A stretch of 64,000 nt of DNA from Thermodesulfobacteriota bacterium (GTDB lineage Bacteria > Desulfobacterota_D > UBA1144 > Nemesobacterales > UBA2774). The stretch covers positions 64,001 to 128,000 of the forward strand of contig OY729416.1 in assembly GCA_963422265.1 (NCBI GenBank). Reading direction: 5' to 3'. Below the pieces are notes generated by a model. That model was not told the origin of the DNA. It saw only the letters and a program-made list of their open reading frames with translations, and searched no databases. Positions 1-10,942 of the stretch are shown here, piece by piece. How positions within the stretch are numbered: position 1 is the stretch's first letter; every line of letters starts with the position of its first letter. Made by a program: the position numbers and the translations under genes.

Positions 1-255
1 CGATACGTCCCTTTTATTAAGGGAGCTAAGCTCCTTACCTCTGTAAGCGACTACGCCTGCTTTAGGGGCTAATACCCCAGATAAAATTTTAAGAAGCGTA
101 GATTTCCCTGAACCATTCGCTCCCAGCACACCAAGCATTTTCCCCGTATTCAGCGATAAATCTATATCTCGTAAAACGCCACCACCATTCCCCGCTTGAG
201 CCTGATAATCCAAGTAGGAAAAGCTAACGTTCTTACACTCAATTACTGTTTCCAT
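1..255 (-). CDS. ABC transporter ATP-binding protein (BtuD/FepC-like), 5' part; runs off the window start
   Basis: Manual translation from ATG at 255: METVIECKDVSFSY...LGVLGANGSGKSTLLKILSG (Walker A). Lies directly downstream of the substrate-binding protein gene. Confidence 0.9.
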   Translation of the reverse strand, partial: METVIECKNVSFSYLDYQAQAGNGGGVLRDIDLSLNTGKMLGVLGANGSGKSTLLKILSGVLAPKAGVVAYRGKELSSLNKRDVS

Positions 256-265
256 GCTCGTTCAT

Positions 266-1168
266 TCATTGTGAATGCAACGCTTGATATAGCACTTTAG
301 CTCCTTCTACTATTCTTTGGCTCGGATGCAAAAGAGAGTCGCTTGGTAGCTTATAGACCGCGTTATTGCGGACTGCGTCCACCTGATTAAGCTTGTTCCT
401 CCATATATTCATATCCAAATTTTCGTTTTGTTCGCCTACTCCTTTGGCTTCTACCTTGACGGTGCTCGCCAGGGCAGGTTTCCTATGATCTATGTCAAAT
501 ATAACCTCGGGATTAAAGGAAAAGACGGTTTCTTTCGTAATCTTGATGGCGAACCTCTCACTTTGCACGGCGTTTTCCCCTCCGGCGATTTTGAGAAGCT
601 CGTCAATGTAATTACCCGTGCCTATAACGTATAAATCTTCAAGCGTCCCCGGATTCCTTCCTATTACGATAAGTGCCCTTACCTTTTTTTTCTTCCTCGC
701 CTTTTTGCTGATTTCACTTAGACTAGTTTTAATATAAGCATTGAGACTTTTAGCCTCCTCTTCCTTTCCCAGCACTTCTCCTAAATCTGAAATGGATTTT
801 AATATGTCTTTAATCGAATCGTTGCTATGAACTACGAAGGTTTTGAGCCCTAGATTTCTCAACTTGTCTCCAAAGCTAGATTGTTGATCTTTGACCAGCA
901 CGACGAGATCGGGTTTTAACGCCACTATCGCCTCGTAGCTCGGGTTTATCCATCCCCCCACTTTGGGCAGGGTTTTAGCATCAGGCGGAAATTCGGAATA
1001 TATGGTTACGCCTACCACCCTGTCCCAAGCTCCAAGTGCATAGATTATCTGCGTTAGGTTTGGCGAGAGTGAAACTATACGCTTAGGCGCGTCGCCGTCC
1101 GCGTAGGACGAGACGCAGCTTAGAGAGATAATCAAAGCGGACAACGCAAGGTAGGAGCTTCTTTTCAT
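266..1168 (-). CDS. Cobalamin/iron-siderophore ABC transporter periplasmic binding protein (BtuF-like)
   Basis: Signal peptide; RIVSLSPNLTQIIYALGA, EAIVALKPDLV and AVRNNAVY motifs typical of the TroA/BtuF family. Confidence 0.9.
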   Translation of the reverse strand: MKRSSYLALSALIISLSCVSSYADGDAPKRIVSLSPNLTQIIYALGAWDRVVGVTIYSEFPPDAKTLPKVGGWINPSYEAIVALKPDLVVLVKDQQSSFGDKLRNLGLKTFVVHSNDSIKDILKSISDLGEVLGKEEEAKSLNAYIKTSLSEISKKARKKKKVRALIVIGRNPGTLEDLYVIGTGNYIDELLKIAGGENAVQSERFAIKITKETVFSFNPEVIFDIDHRKPALASTVKVEAKGVGEQNENLDMNIWRNKLNQVDAVRNNAVYKLPSDSLLHPSQRIVEGAKVLYQALHSQ

Positions 1169-1215
1169 CTACTAACCAATAAATAGCTTAAGAGAGGGGT
1201 TTATATTTGCTCAAA

Positions 1216-1743
1216 TTAAGCGCCGAGACGGGATGCTTCAGTCGCGCGCCTTAATAGATGCGGAAGCTCAGCCTCTATTCTCTCTAACAAGTCCGCGTCG
1301 AGCTTAGCTCCGTATAGGGTTTTTACCTCAGACAACTGTTCTATAGTATGCTTTTTACATCCCGTCAAGTCAGCTTCCGTAAAATCCGTGAACTGAACGT
1401 TCGCCAGCCTTAGGTTAACGCCCTTTAGATTAGATTCTGATAGATCGGCGTTCTTTAAGTGCGCCCCTTCAAGCGTGGCCCCCTCTACATTGGAGCTATT
1501 TAAGATTGATTCCTCAAGGTTCGCCCCATAAAGCGTGGCTCCCTCAAAATCCGCCCCTTTCAGATTGCACCCTCTACAAAAAGCGAGCTTCATATTCGCA
1601 CCTCTAAGATTTGCCCTGGATAAATCCACCCCAGCAAGATTAGCCCAGCTAAGATCGGGAAGCGTCTCTGGATTCTCTTGCCTCCATTTATTCCAGTTAT
1701 TGACTCCGCTCTTAAGAATTTTTACGTGTTCTTGATTAGCCAT
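1216..1743 (-). CDS. Pentapeptide repeat protein
   Basis: MANQEHVKILKSGVNNWNKWR leader followed by A(N/D)Lxx repeats. Confidence 0.95.
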   Translation of the reverse strand: MANQEHVKILKSGVNNWNKWRQENPETLPDLSWANLAGVDLSRANLRGANMKLAFCRGCNLKGADFEGATLYGANLEESILNSSNVEGATLEGAHLKNADLSESNLKGVNLRLANVQFTDFTEADLTGCKKHTIEQLSEVKTLYGAKLDADLLERIEAELPHLLRRATEASRLGA

Positions 1744-1749
1744 AACGCG

Positions 1750-1932
1750 CTATTGTCCAAAGAACTTTATTGCCGAATACATTATGTATAAAGCCATAAT
1801 AAAGTAAATCAACCTTTTTAGTAATCCACTGATTCCGCCTATTCTTACGCCGATAGATTCCCCGCAGTTGGGGCAGGTATCAGTTTTTACGCTAACCTCG
1901 TATCCACACTCATCACACTTGGTTATTTTCAT
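1750..1932 (-). CDS. Small zinc-ribbon membrane protein
   Basis: CDECG...CPNCG followed by a C-terminal hydrophobic helix; likely start is the ATG at 1932. Confidence 0.75.
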   Translation of the reverse strand: MKITKCDECGYEVSVKTDTCPNCGESIGVRIGGISGLLKRLIYFIMALYIMYSAIKFFGQ

Positions 1933-2044
1933 AACAACGGGTAGAGAACGAAACAATGACTTAGAAACTATTTACCATACTAGACCAATCTAGTATGATC
2001 ACACTATGCGAAAGTATATATAAATATATATAAGGAACGGAAAC

Positions 2045-2356
2045 ATGGAAGAGCAAAATAGAGCAGAAGAGCAGAATAGAACTATAGATTCTGGGCTAGA
2101 TATTATAGAGAACGATATAAAGCACATAAACGATGATATAAAAGGGATGAGCAACAGGGTAGGTGCGCTTGACGAAAAGTTCAACGTGCTCATAGAAGGT
2201 CAATCTAGCATGAAAGTGATGATGGAGGGTTTTCTTAGAGATATGGAAAAGACGGAGAGAAAGGTAGATGGGGTAGAAAACAGGGTGTAGTATCTCACGT
2301 CCGCAATAGCGCTTGGAGCCATAGGATGGATAATTTCTAAGTTCTTTGCATCTTAA
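2045..2356 (+). pseudogene. Coiled-coil plus C-terminal TM protein (XhlA/DUF1640-like architecture) interrupted by an in-frame TAG at 2288-2290
   Basis: The 81-aa heptad-rich ORF ends at TAG, but the frame continues as YLTSAIALGAIGWIISKFFAS-TAA. Confidence 0.6.
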
Positions 2357-2389
2357 GAACATAGCTGAATTACTCCTCGTCTATCATTA

Positions 2390-3868
2390 TTACGCTTTAA
2401 CCCTCCCTAACGCCGGGGCTAGAAGATTGGGATGATAACGGCTAATTTTATCAGCGAGAACTTCTATAACGCTTTTTATATCCCACTGAGCACCTTCAGA
2501 CAATCTAAGGTTAATAAGATGATAAACCTCCCATAGATCAAAGCTTCCTATAACCCGCCTGTTGTGGGCATTCGTAACAACGTAGCTAGCAACCCTTCCA
2601 AGGTTTTCATTCGCTAGCTTCTCATATAACTTGTGACTTGCCTCGGTTGCCCTCATCAGCAAATCTTCCGAGCCAGAGTTCTCTACGTTGGGTGGTATTG
2701 TCCATCCATTATAGACACTTGGCTCTTGAAAAATCCAATCTGCTTTTCTATGCCGCAAAAGCTGATGCCAATTAGCCTCGCTTATGACGAACTCAGCTTC
2801 ATAGCGTATCAGTTTGAACGGGTTTATCGGATTATCAAACCTTCCGAGCTTCTCTATAGATTTTTTAAAAATCTCTAATTTCTCCTCGGAGCTGCTCTCA
2901 TTTATGTCCTTAGCAATGGCTTCATAGCCCAATTGAGAATGCTCGAACAGTATAGCTTGCGCCATTTTCTCTATTGCGACCATTTCAGGATCACTAGAGC
3001 CTTTACCCGTCCAGTCCAATAAATTACACGCGCCCCCCCCCAAGGGGGCAAGAGATTGGGCAACGGCGTCCGACAATTCCTTCAGCGCATTCCTCGTCTC
3101 AGTTATATAAGGACTCTCGCTTGCGTATTTAACTAGCGTAGGGATAGAAAACCTTACCTCTTCCTTAATCTCACCGGCTCTTTCTCGTGCCTCTGGATAC
3201 GAGCTTGAAAGAAGTTTGGTAAGGCAGTCCTCAATAGCTCTAGCGTTAGCCGTCATGCCCAGATTGGTAAGTGTGGACAAGCTTAGTGCATATCTCGCAT
3301 CTTCAAAGGCAAGCTTTTCAAGCGCTCTAAGGTGGACGCGCTCTTCCACCCCTTTGGGAGTCGGAGAGGTTTCTCTTAAGTATGAAAACAGCTTGTCGTT
3401 AAGCTTCTCATATATATCGTATTGAAGATTATTAAGCTCAATGTATTCATTCCTAAGCGCAGGATACTCACTCAACTCTACGGGAACAAAGAAACTGCCC
3501 TTCTTTGGTTTCTGATAACGCTGCGAGTATTCGGTAAAGGAAAGATGCTCGTTTGAAAGCTCTAGCAGCGAGGAAAAAAGCCTAGAGACCCGTTCAATTC
3601 CTACGTGAACGGTCGCGTGCTCGGCTACCGAGGCATGACCGTAGTTTAAGACCCACTTTTCATGGAACTCGCTTGCTCTTTTCCGTCCGAGATGCTCTTC
3701 GCGTATAACAGTCATTATATTGTCTCTAAAGCTTCTAGGGCTCCTGCTTACGTAGGCGAAGATTACAGCTATTACCTCTTCGGAGACGTTGCTGACCGTG
3801 TATATGTCTCTATTGGTATTTGAGACGTAGCTCGTGATGTCATTGGGGATTGATCTCGATTTAGCCAT
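2390..3868 (-). CDS. thyX: FAD-dependent thymidylate synthase, tandem Thy1-domain type
   Basis: YGHASVAEH, EYSQRY and EDARY in domain 1; HQLLRHR and INLRLSEGAQWDI in domain 2. Confidence 0.9.
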   Translation of the reverse strand: MAKSRSIPNDITSYVSNTNRDIYTVSNVSEEVIAVIFAYVSRSPRSFRDNIMTVIREEHLGRKRASEFHEKWVLNYGHASVAEHATVHVGIERVSRLFSSLLELSNEHLSFTEYSQRYQKPKKGSFFVPVELSEYPALRNEYIELNNLQYDIYEKLNDKLFSYLRETSPTPKGVEERVHLRALEKLAFEDARYALSLSTLTNLGMTANARAIEDCLTKLLSSSYPEARERAGEIKEEVRFSIPTLVKYASESPYITETRNALKELSDAVAQSLAPLGGGACNLLDWTGKGSSDPEMVAIEKMAQAILFEHSQLGYEAIAKDINESSSEEKLEIFKKSIEKLGRFDNPINPFKLIRYEAEFVISEANWHQLLRHRKADWIFQEPSVYNGWTIPPNVENSGSEDLLMRATEASHKLYEKLANENLGRVASYVVTNAHNRRVIGSFDLWEVYHLINLRLSEGAQWDIKSVIEVLADKISRYHPNLLAPALGRVKA

Positions 3869-3913
3869 TCGGATGTTGCGTAATTAATGCCTTCCTTATT
3901 ATCCTTTACGTAT

Positions 3914-4100
3914 GTAGGGGTAACACTTACCTTATTATCCTTATTGCCTTAGGGTGACCATCCTTCTACAGGCTCAGGCCTTCTACAGGCTCAGGACATC
4001 GCAAGGGTCGCCCCTACATACAAGAAATCCACCCTAGCCCTCTTTTACGAAAGGAGGAGAATATCTTTTCTAAGCTCTAACCTCTGAGCCTGTAGAAGAG
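3914..4100. repeat. REP-like mosaic element (GTAG-type REP pair with nested CCTGAGCCTGTAGAAGG unit, plus a CCCTCTTTT..AAAGGAGG hairpin)
   Basis: GTAGGGG...CCCCTAC termini; reverse complement aligns by eye with 38523-38660 and 44212-44358. Confidence 0.85.
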
Positions 4101-4132
4101 CCGCTGCCCCCGTTCTCTAAAGCCGAAACTAG

Positions 4133-4885
4133 CTACGTGATAGTAATTCCTTCTTTTATTTTACTGGATATATAAGTAAGCACCTGACCGGGCTGACCGT
4201 AAATCACGGCGTCCACGTAATCGTCGGCGGGGCTTTGCTTTTCACTTATTATGACTACCTTAGCGTTGTTTTCCTTAGCCAAAAAGGGATATGAGGCTAT
4301 AGGTTCGTTATCAAGAGAGGCGCCCGCTATAATAAATAGATCGGCGCTATGAAGTCTTATCCATGCCTCCCTCATCTCCCAATGTGGCGGGGGCTGTCCA
4401 GGAAAAGAGATCGGGGGTTTTAGCTGATCACCTCCACATTCGCTGCATATAGGAATTTCAGCTCCCTGCTCTATCATGATAAGAACCTCGCCTGTCGGAT
4501 AATCCTTTCCGCATCCGGTGCAAGTAACCCAAAGCACGCTGCTGTTTAGCTCTATTACCTGAGAGCTACCAGCACGGTGGTGAAGCCCATCGGTGGTTTG
4601 CGTAAAGATACAATCCAGATTCCCGATTATCTCAAGCTCGGCTAAGGCTAAGTGGGCGAGTCCGGGCTCGGCGTTCACCAGTATGGGATATACGTCCTTG
4701 ATCTTTTTCCAATACCGAGCCCTGACGGTTTTGTCCTCGCGAAAATCCCCTATATGAGGATTAAGCCTAGGATCAGAGAAATCGGGAACCCCACACTCGG
4801 CGGACAGCTCTATCCCGGTAAGAACAACCATTTTTTGAGCCTCTTTTACCCATTCGGCGACGGCTCCCGCAGCGTCCATTTCCAT
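4133..4885 (-). CDS. Sir2/CobB-family protein with degenerate catalytic and NAD-binding motifs
   Basis: Sirtuin motif order is retained, as is CxxC...CxxC, but it reads GIELS, TQTTDGLH and ELNS instead of GAGIS, TQNIDGLH and ELHG. Confidence 0.85.
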   Translation of the reverse strand: MEMDAAGAVAEWVKEAQKMVVLTGIELSAECGVPDFSDPRLNPHIGDFREDKTVRARYWKKIKDVYPILVNAEPGLAHLALAELEIIGNLDCIFTQTTDGLHHRAGSSQVIELNSSVLWVTCTGCGKDYPTGEVLIMIEQGAEIPICSECGGDQLKPPISFPGQPPPHWEMREAWIRLHSADLFIIAGASLDNEPIASYPFLAKENNAKVVIISEKQSPADDYVDAVIYGQPGQVLTYISSKIKEGITIT

Positions 4886-5059
4886 AGATTATGGATTATA
4901 CACTATTTTGACGTTAAACGTGTCAATGAAATGTAGATGTTATTATGTTATAATTTCAATCTAAGGGAGCACACTTAAAGGTGGATTCAGTAATGAGTAT
5001 GTCTGTCCTTCGCAGGGGGAACCCTTGTAGTCGCACTATAAAACACGTGGGAAAGAAAA

Positions 5060-5386
5060 TTGAAATACAAACCCAGAAGCATAGATGAGTTCAGTGACGC
5101 CGCTTTAATGATCATGTGGGACGACGGGCACGAGAGCATTTACCTGTATGAGGACCTCAGGCGCGAGTGCCCCTGCGCTACATGTAGAAAACTCAAAAGC
5201 TCTGGAAGGACGCCGTTCAAAAAGACCATTCCCCTTAGGGTTAAATCCACAAACGTTAGACCTACCCAAATAGATTCCGTGGGGCGTTATGCGATTCAGT
5301 TCAAATGGAGTGACAGGCACGACACGGGAATATACAGCTTTGATTTTCTAAGGGGGTTGTGCCCCTGCGAGCAGTGTAGCTCCTGA
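5060..5386 (+). CDS. DUF971 / GBBH-like N-terminal domain protein
   Basis: WDDGH, LRRECPCATC, VGRYAI and WSDRHDTGIYSF motifs. Confidence 0.9.
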   Translation: MKYKPRSIDEFSDAALMIMWDDGHESIYLYEDLRRECPCATCRKLKSSGRTPFKKTIPLRVKSTNVRPTQIDSVGRYAIQFKWSDRHDTGIYSFDFLRGLCPCEQCSS

Positions 5387-5529
5387 TCAATAAACCTCCG
5401 CAGAGTGACGCAGTCACGTCTCCGTTTATTTAACATGAAGCGCAAGCACATACCGTCGTGGAAACGGAGTATATGTATTTTACCTATAGAAGGAAAAACG
5501 ACAGAAGAAAACCCCTCGTCCTACCACTA

Positions 5530-5931
5530 CTATCCTACCCCCTTCTTAAAATCAATAGCGCATGAATTTATACAGTAGCGGAGCCCCGTCTCAGGCGGAC
5601 CATCTGGAAAAACGTGTCCAAGGTGGGCATCGCACCTACTGCACAACACTTCGGTTCTAACCATGCCTAGGCTGTGATCAGTCTCTTCGGTAACTTTGTC
5701 GCTTGAAGTGGGTTCATAAAAACTGGGCCAGCCCGTGCCAGAATCAAACTTAGCCATAGAGCTGAACAGCTCTTCTTCACAGCAAATGCAGACATAAACA
5801 CCCTTTTCCTTGTGCTCGTAATACTTGCCGGCAAAGGGTCTTTCAGTTCCCTTACGTCTGGTGACGTAGTATTGCTCCTCGGTAAGTGTCTTTTGCCACT
5901 CGGCGTCTGTTTTTGTAAATTTCCTCGACAT
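5530..5931 (-). CDS. msrB: Peptide-methionine (R)-S-oxide reductase
   Basis: [33 protein letters not shown]. Confidence 0.98.
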   Translation of the reverse strand: MSRKFTKTDAEWQKTLTEEQYYVTRRKGTERPFAGKYYEHKEKGVYVCICCEEELFSSMAKFDSGTGWPSFYEPTSSDKVTEETDHSLGMVRTEVLCSRCDAHLGHVFPDGPPETGLRYCINSCAIDFKKGVG

Positions 5932-6069
5932 TGCGCTTAATCCGTAGTTTGCAGATTCGCGAGCTACACTAAAAGGTAACGCGCTTTATTCCCCACATAT
6001 AATAAATATAACAAAAGCATTTACCTAGTTAGGATAAGAATAAGAGCTAAAATAGCAAGCGATGAAAAT

Positions 6070-6410
6070 CATCACCCTCGCCTCCGCGTCTTAGGGTGGA
6101 CCCCCTTCAATAGGTTCAGGACATCGCAAGGGTCGCCCCTGAAGGGTAAAACGCAACCGAGGAATCTCGTCTTTTCCCCCTCTCCTGCTGGGAGAGGGGC
6201 ATAGGGTTAGGGTGTTTTCGTCATTCCTGCCCCCCGAGTGGGAATCTAGCTAGAAAGAGGGGCGGGGGACTTGAATTTCCTTCTTACTTGCCCCATCCCC
6301 TCTGTGGATTTCTGTCCCTTCATCATTTGTAGGGGTAACCATTGTGCCTCGGGGCGACCACCTTATTTTTTGATAAGACGCTAAGGGTCACCCCTACACC
6401 ACGACCCCCA
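6070..6410. repeat. Cluster of REP-like palindromes from several families
   Basis: CCCCTCTCC..GGAGAGGGG hairpin, GTCATTCC..GGGAATCTAG, GTAGGGGTAACC...CCCCTAC and the nested CAGGACATCGCAAGGGTCGCCCC unit. Confidence 0.8.
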
Positions 6411-6603
6411 CCTGCCCATTACCGTTATTCCGAGCTACGTTACCAAACACCCCTTATTGGGAATTGCTTCAGATTCTAGTATTGAGGATCAGGGAACGAA
6501 CTAATTACTTTCATCATGCTTTAGGAGCTGCGTCCCTAAATGGTTCTTGATTTTTTGCTATCTCGGGTGATAATAAACCTCTCGCTTGCGTATAGGAGTA
6601 GAG

Positions 6604-6687
6604 GGGCAGGTGGTGAAATTGGTAGACACGACGGCCTCAAAAGCCGTTGGGCGAAGGTCCATGGGGGTTCGAGTCCCCCCCTGCCCA
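6604..6687 (+). tRNA. tRNA-Leu(CAA)
   Basis: Acceptor stem GGGCAGG/CCTGCCC, anticodon arm ACGGC-CTCAAAA-GCCGT, long variable arm, GGTTCGAGTCC T-loop. Confidence 0.95.
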
Positions 6688-6697
6688 CTTTAATACC

Positions 6698-7870
6698 TTA
6701 ATACCTTGGCATATCGGGGTCGTATTTCTCTGCCCATGCATCTATTCCACCCTTGAGGTTTTTGGCTTTCTTAAACCCCTGTTCTTTTAGAAACTGCGTC
6801 GCGCGCAGGCTCCTTCCACCATGATGGCAGTGGATTACTATCTCATCATCGGCGTCAAGCTCATCCAACCTATCCGGAAGCTCGCCTAATGGAACTAATA
6901 CCGAGTCTTCAAAGCTGCATATATCGTATTCATGGTATTCCCTTACGTCCAGAACGGTTGGGTTGTTTCCGTTATCGCGCATTTTCTTAAACTCATCAAT
7001 AGTGATCTCCATCTTTTCTTTCTCCTGAGTCTCCTCTCTTTGCACTGTTTCTTCCTGCCCTAACTCTCCCCGTCCTATTCCACAAAACTCCTCGTAGTCT
7101 ATCAATTCCTTAATTGAGGCGTTTTCTCCGCAGATCGGACAGTTGGGGTCTTTCCTGAGCTTCATTTCCCTGGGCTTCATCTCTAGCACGTCCATAAATA
7201 GCAGCCTACCGATAAGCGGGCTTCCATGCCCTAGAATAAGCTTTACCGCTTCAGCAGCCTGCATAGTGCCGATGATTCCGGGAAGTATGCCAAGCACGCC
7301 TCCTTCGGCGCAGCTCGGAACTAATCCCGGTGGGGGTGGTTCTGGGTAAAGACAACGGTAGCAAGGACCGTTTCTTGAATCAAACACGCTTACTTGTCCT
7401 TCAAAACGAAAGATGCTTCCATAAACGTTTGGTTTTCCAAGCAGCACGCAGGAGTCATTTACAAGGTATCTTGTCGCAAAGTTATCCGTTCCATCTACGA
7501 TGACGTCATAGTCTTTAATAATTTCCATCGCGTTCTCAGACGTAAGCCTTTCATTATATGTATCAACCTTTACGTCTGAGTTAAGCTCACGGAGCCTTTC
7601 CTTAGCCGATTCCACCTTGAGTTTTCCTATGTTCTCCTCGCTATGTATTATCTGCCTTTGCAGGTTGCTAAAGTCAACAACGTCAAAATCCAGAATTCCT
7701 AGATGCCCGACTCCGGCAGCCGCAAGGTATAGGGCTAGAGGAGAACCTAATCCACCTGCCCCGATGCAGAGAACGCTCGCATCTATTAGTTTTTGCTGAC
7801 CTTCTACGCCAACTTCGGGCATTATTAAATGCCTACTGTAACGCTTTACCTGCTCATTCGTGAGTCCCAT
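6698..7870 (-). CDS. moeB: Molybdopterin-synthase adenylyltransferase/sulfurtransferase MoeB/MoeZ (ThiF plus rhodanese)
   Basis: RYSRH, GAGGLG, SNLQRQ, CYRC, CAEGGVLG; C-terminal rhodanese CHHGGRS. Confidence 0.95.
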   Translation of the reverse strand: MGLTNEQVKRYSRHLIMPEVGVEGQQKLIDASVLCIGAGGLGSPLALYLAAAGVGHLGILDFDVVDFSNLQRQIIHSEENIGKLKVESAKERLRELNSDVKVDTYNERLTSENAMEIIKDYDVIVDGTDNFATRYLVNDSCVLLGKPNVYGSIFRFEGQVSVFDSRNGPCYRCLYPEPPPPGLVPSCAEGGVLGILPGIIGTMQAAEAVKLILGHGSPLIGRLLFMDVLEMKPREMKLRKDPNCPICGENASIKELIDYEEFCGIGRGELGQEETVQREETQEKEKMEITIDEFKKMRDNGNNPTVLDVREYHEYDICSFEDSVLVPLGELPDRLDELDADDEIVIHCHHGGRSLRATQFLKEQGFKKAKNLKGGIDAWAEKYDPDMPRY

Positions 7871-7963
7871 ATTTACATTACCATCCCGTGTCTGTAGCCC
7901 TTATAGTTAAAAAATATAATCTATATCCAATTTGCATATTTTCAATATAGCGTTATGTTTTAC

Positions 7964-8806
7964 TCAAATATAATGAGTTTCTTTTTCAAATCTGTTTGGT
8001 AAATCGTCAATAATATGTTTTACTAAACGCTCGTCGTCGTTAAATTTCACCTTTCTTAACCATCCTTGATCATCAAATTCTTCTTCCACTTTAGCATAAG
8101 TGAATTGGGCATGGACGTTAGGGCTGACGACCAAAATATTTTTCACGTGGTTTCCTAGCCCCTCTATTATGTGATGTAGCTCGAAATATGGTTTTCCATT
8201 TTTAGTTAGAAAACCAAATTTGCTTATTTGACATTTCCCTTTGTATATTTCAACTAAAATTTTACGCATTGAAGCAGGCACTCTCTTCTTAGTGCTAGTA
8301 GTTGTTGGTTTATTGTATTCTCTTGTTTCAATCTTTTCCCTTGACAAACGAAGAAACTCACTATGCACGGTTTCCTCAAAGTCATAGTTGGTGGTCAATG
8401 AAATTTGTTTGAGTATTAAATCCACTTCTCTTTCGTCTTTTGCCTTATCTAATTCTTTCTCCGCCTTTAAGATGGATGCCTTAAACTGATCCTCCGTTAG
8501 AATCCTGTACTTATTTTTTTCGCCTATTACTTGAATAACAAGTTCTTCCCCGGCTTTTATTTGAGATCTTTCATAGAAGTTTTTCATTCCGCCAATTCTG
8601 CACTCTCTACTTGAACTTGTATAGGGTGTGAATTTTTTTGCATAGGGGTATATATCGCTTCCAAAAGCAATGTATATAGTTTTCCTTTCGTTGGGAAAGT
8701 AATCTATCAGAGATGTGGGAATAGCAAGTAGCCCTTTGTTGATTCGGCTTTGCGTAATTTTTACTGTTTTATAACTAAAGAGTATTTTGCTATCAGTTTT
8801 TATCAT
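7964..8806 (-). CDS. HNH endonuclease with an N-terminal B3/EcoRII-N-like DNA-binding domain (putative orphan restriction-type nuclease)
   Basis: C-terminal YKGKCQI...PYFELHHI...NILVVSPNVH HNH motif; N-terminal pattern resembles the B3 pseudobarrel; visibly AT-richer than its neighbours. Confidence 0.75.
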   Translation of the reverse strand: MIKTDSKILFSYKTVKITQSRINKGLLAIPTSLIDYFPNERKTIYIAFGSDIYPYAKKFTPYTSSSRECRIGGMKNFYERSQIKAGEELVIQVIGEKNKYRILTEDQFKASILKAEKELDKAKDEREVDLILKQISLTTNYDFEETVHSEFLRLSREKIETREYNKPTTTSTKKRVPASMRKILVEIYKGKCQISKFGFLTKNGKPYFELHHIIEGLGNHVKNILVVSPNVHAQFTYAKVEEEFDDQGWLRKVKFNDDERLVKHIIDDLPNRFEKETHYI

Positions 8807-8825
8807 AAAACATTCCTAGAATACC

Positions 8826-8881
8826 TAATTTTTCAAATTGCTAAAAATTTTCTTGACAACTATATTTTTATGCTCTATATT
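8826..8881 (+). promoter_or_regulatory. sigma70 promoter of the rRNA operon with an upstream AT-rich UP-like element
   Basis: TTGACA (8853-8858), 17-bp spacer, TATATT (8876-8881); A/T tracts upstream. Confidence 0.85.
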
Positions 8882-9052
8882 TAGAGTCCCTTCAAAAAGG
8901 GGGCGTCTAAAAATGCCCGATGTCTTTGAGTTTCTGGTTGTAGGTATTGCTAGAGTTCTTTAAGTCTGACGATATTAGATGGCGTTTCGGTCTTTGAAAA
9001 TTAAATAGCAGATAAGCAGCGAAGCAGAGCTAAGCAATCGTTTCATTAAATT

Positions 9053-10615
<1,563 letters not shown>

Positions 10616-10735
10616 AATCATGGAGTAAGTATTGTAACGAAGCGGCTTACTCGGCTCTCGTTTGTCTATCTGCTATTCAATTTTGGCGCTCTTTGATGAT
10701 TAGCGGGGCTGCTAGTATTCTATTTATTCTCTGAG

Positions 10736-10809
10736 GGGCCTATAGCTCAGCCGGTCAGAGCGCACCCCTGATAAGGGTGAGGTCGGTGGTTCGAACCCAC
10801 CTAGGCCCA
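10736..10809 (+). tRNA. tRNA-Ile(GAT)
   Basis: GGGCCTA...CACCC-CTGATAA-GGGTG...TAGGCCCA in the 16S-23S spacer. Confidence 0.97.
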
Positions 10810-10868
10810 TATCAGATATATCACATGTATCATATAGTGATGCGTTTTGCTGCCTTATTATTATGGAC

Positions 10869-10942
10869 GGGGGTGTAGCTCAGCTTGGGAGAGCGCCTGC
10901 CTTGCAAGCAGGAGGTCGGCGGTTCGAACCCGCTCACCTCCA
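10869..10942 (+). tRNA. tRNA-Ala(TGC)
   Basis: GGGGGTG...CCTGC-CTTGCAA-GCAGG...CACCTCCA. Confidence 0.97.

Noticed and set aside
1169-1215. Cobalamin riboswitch upstream of the BtuF-like gene
   Set aside because: The gap is only 47 bp and has no B12-box motif
6604-6700. tRNA-Leu as an integration site
   Set aside because: No integrase or duplicated tRNA 3' end nearby; moeB ends 10 bp away
6698-8806. HNH plus ThiF/E1-like gene as a ubiquitin-like defence operon
   Set aside because: The ThiF gene is a canonical housekeeping MoeZ with host-like composition, and no E2, JAB or Ubl gene is adjacent
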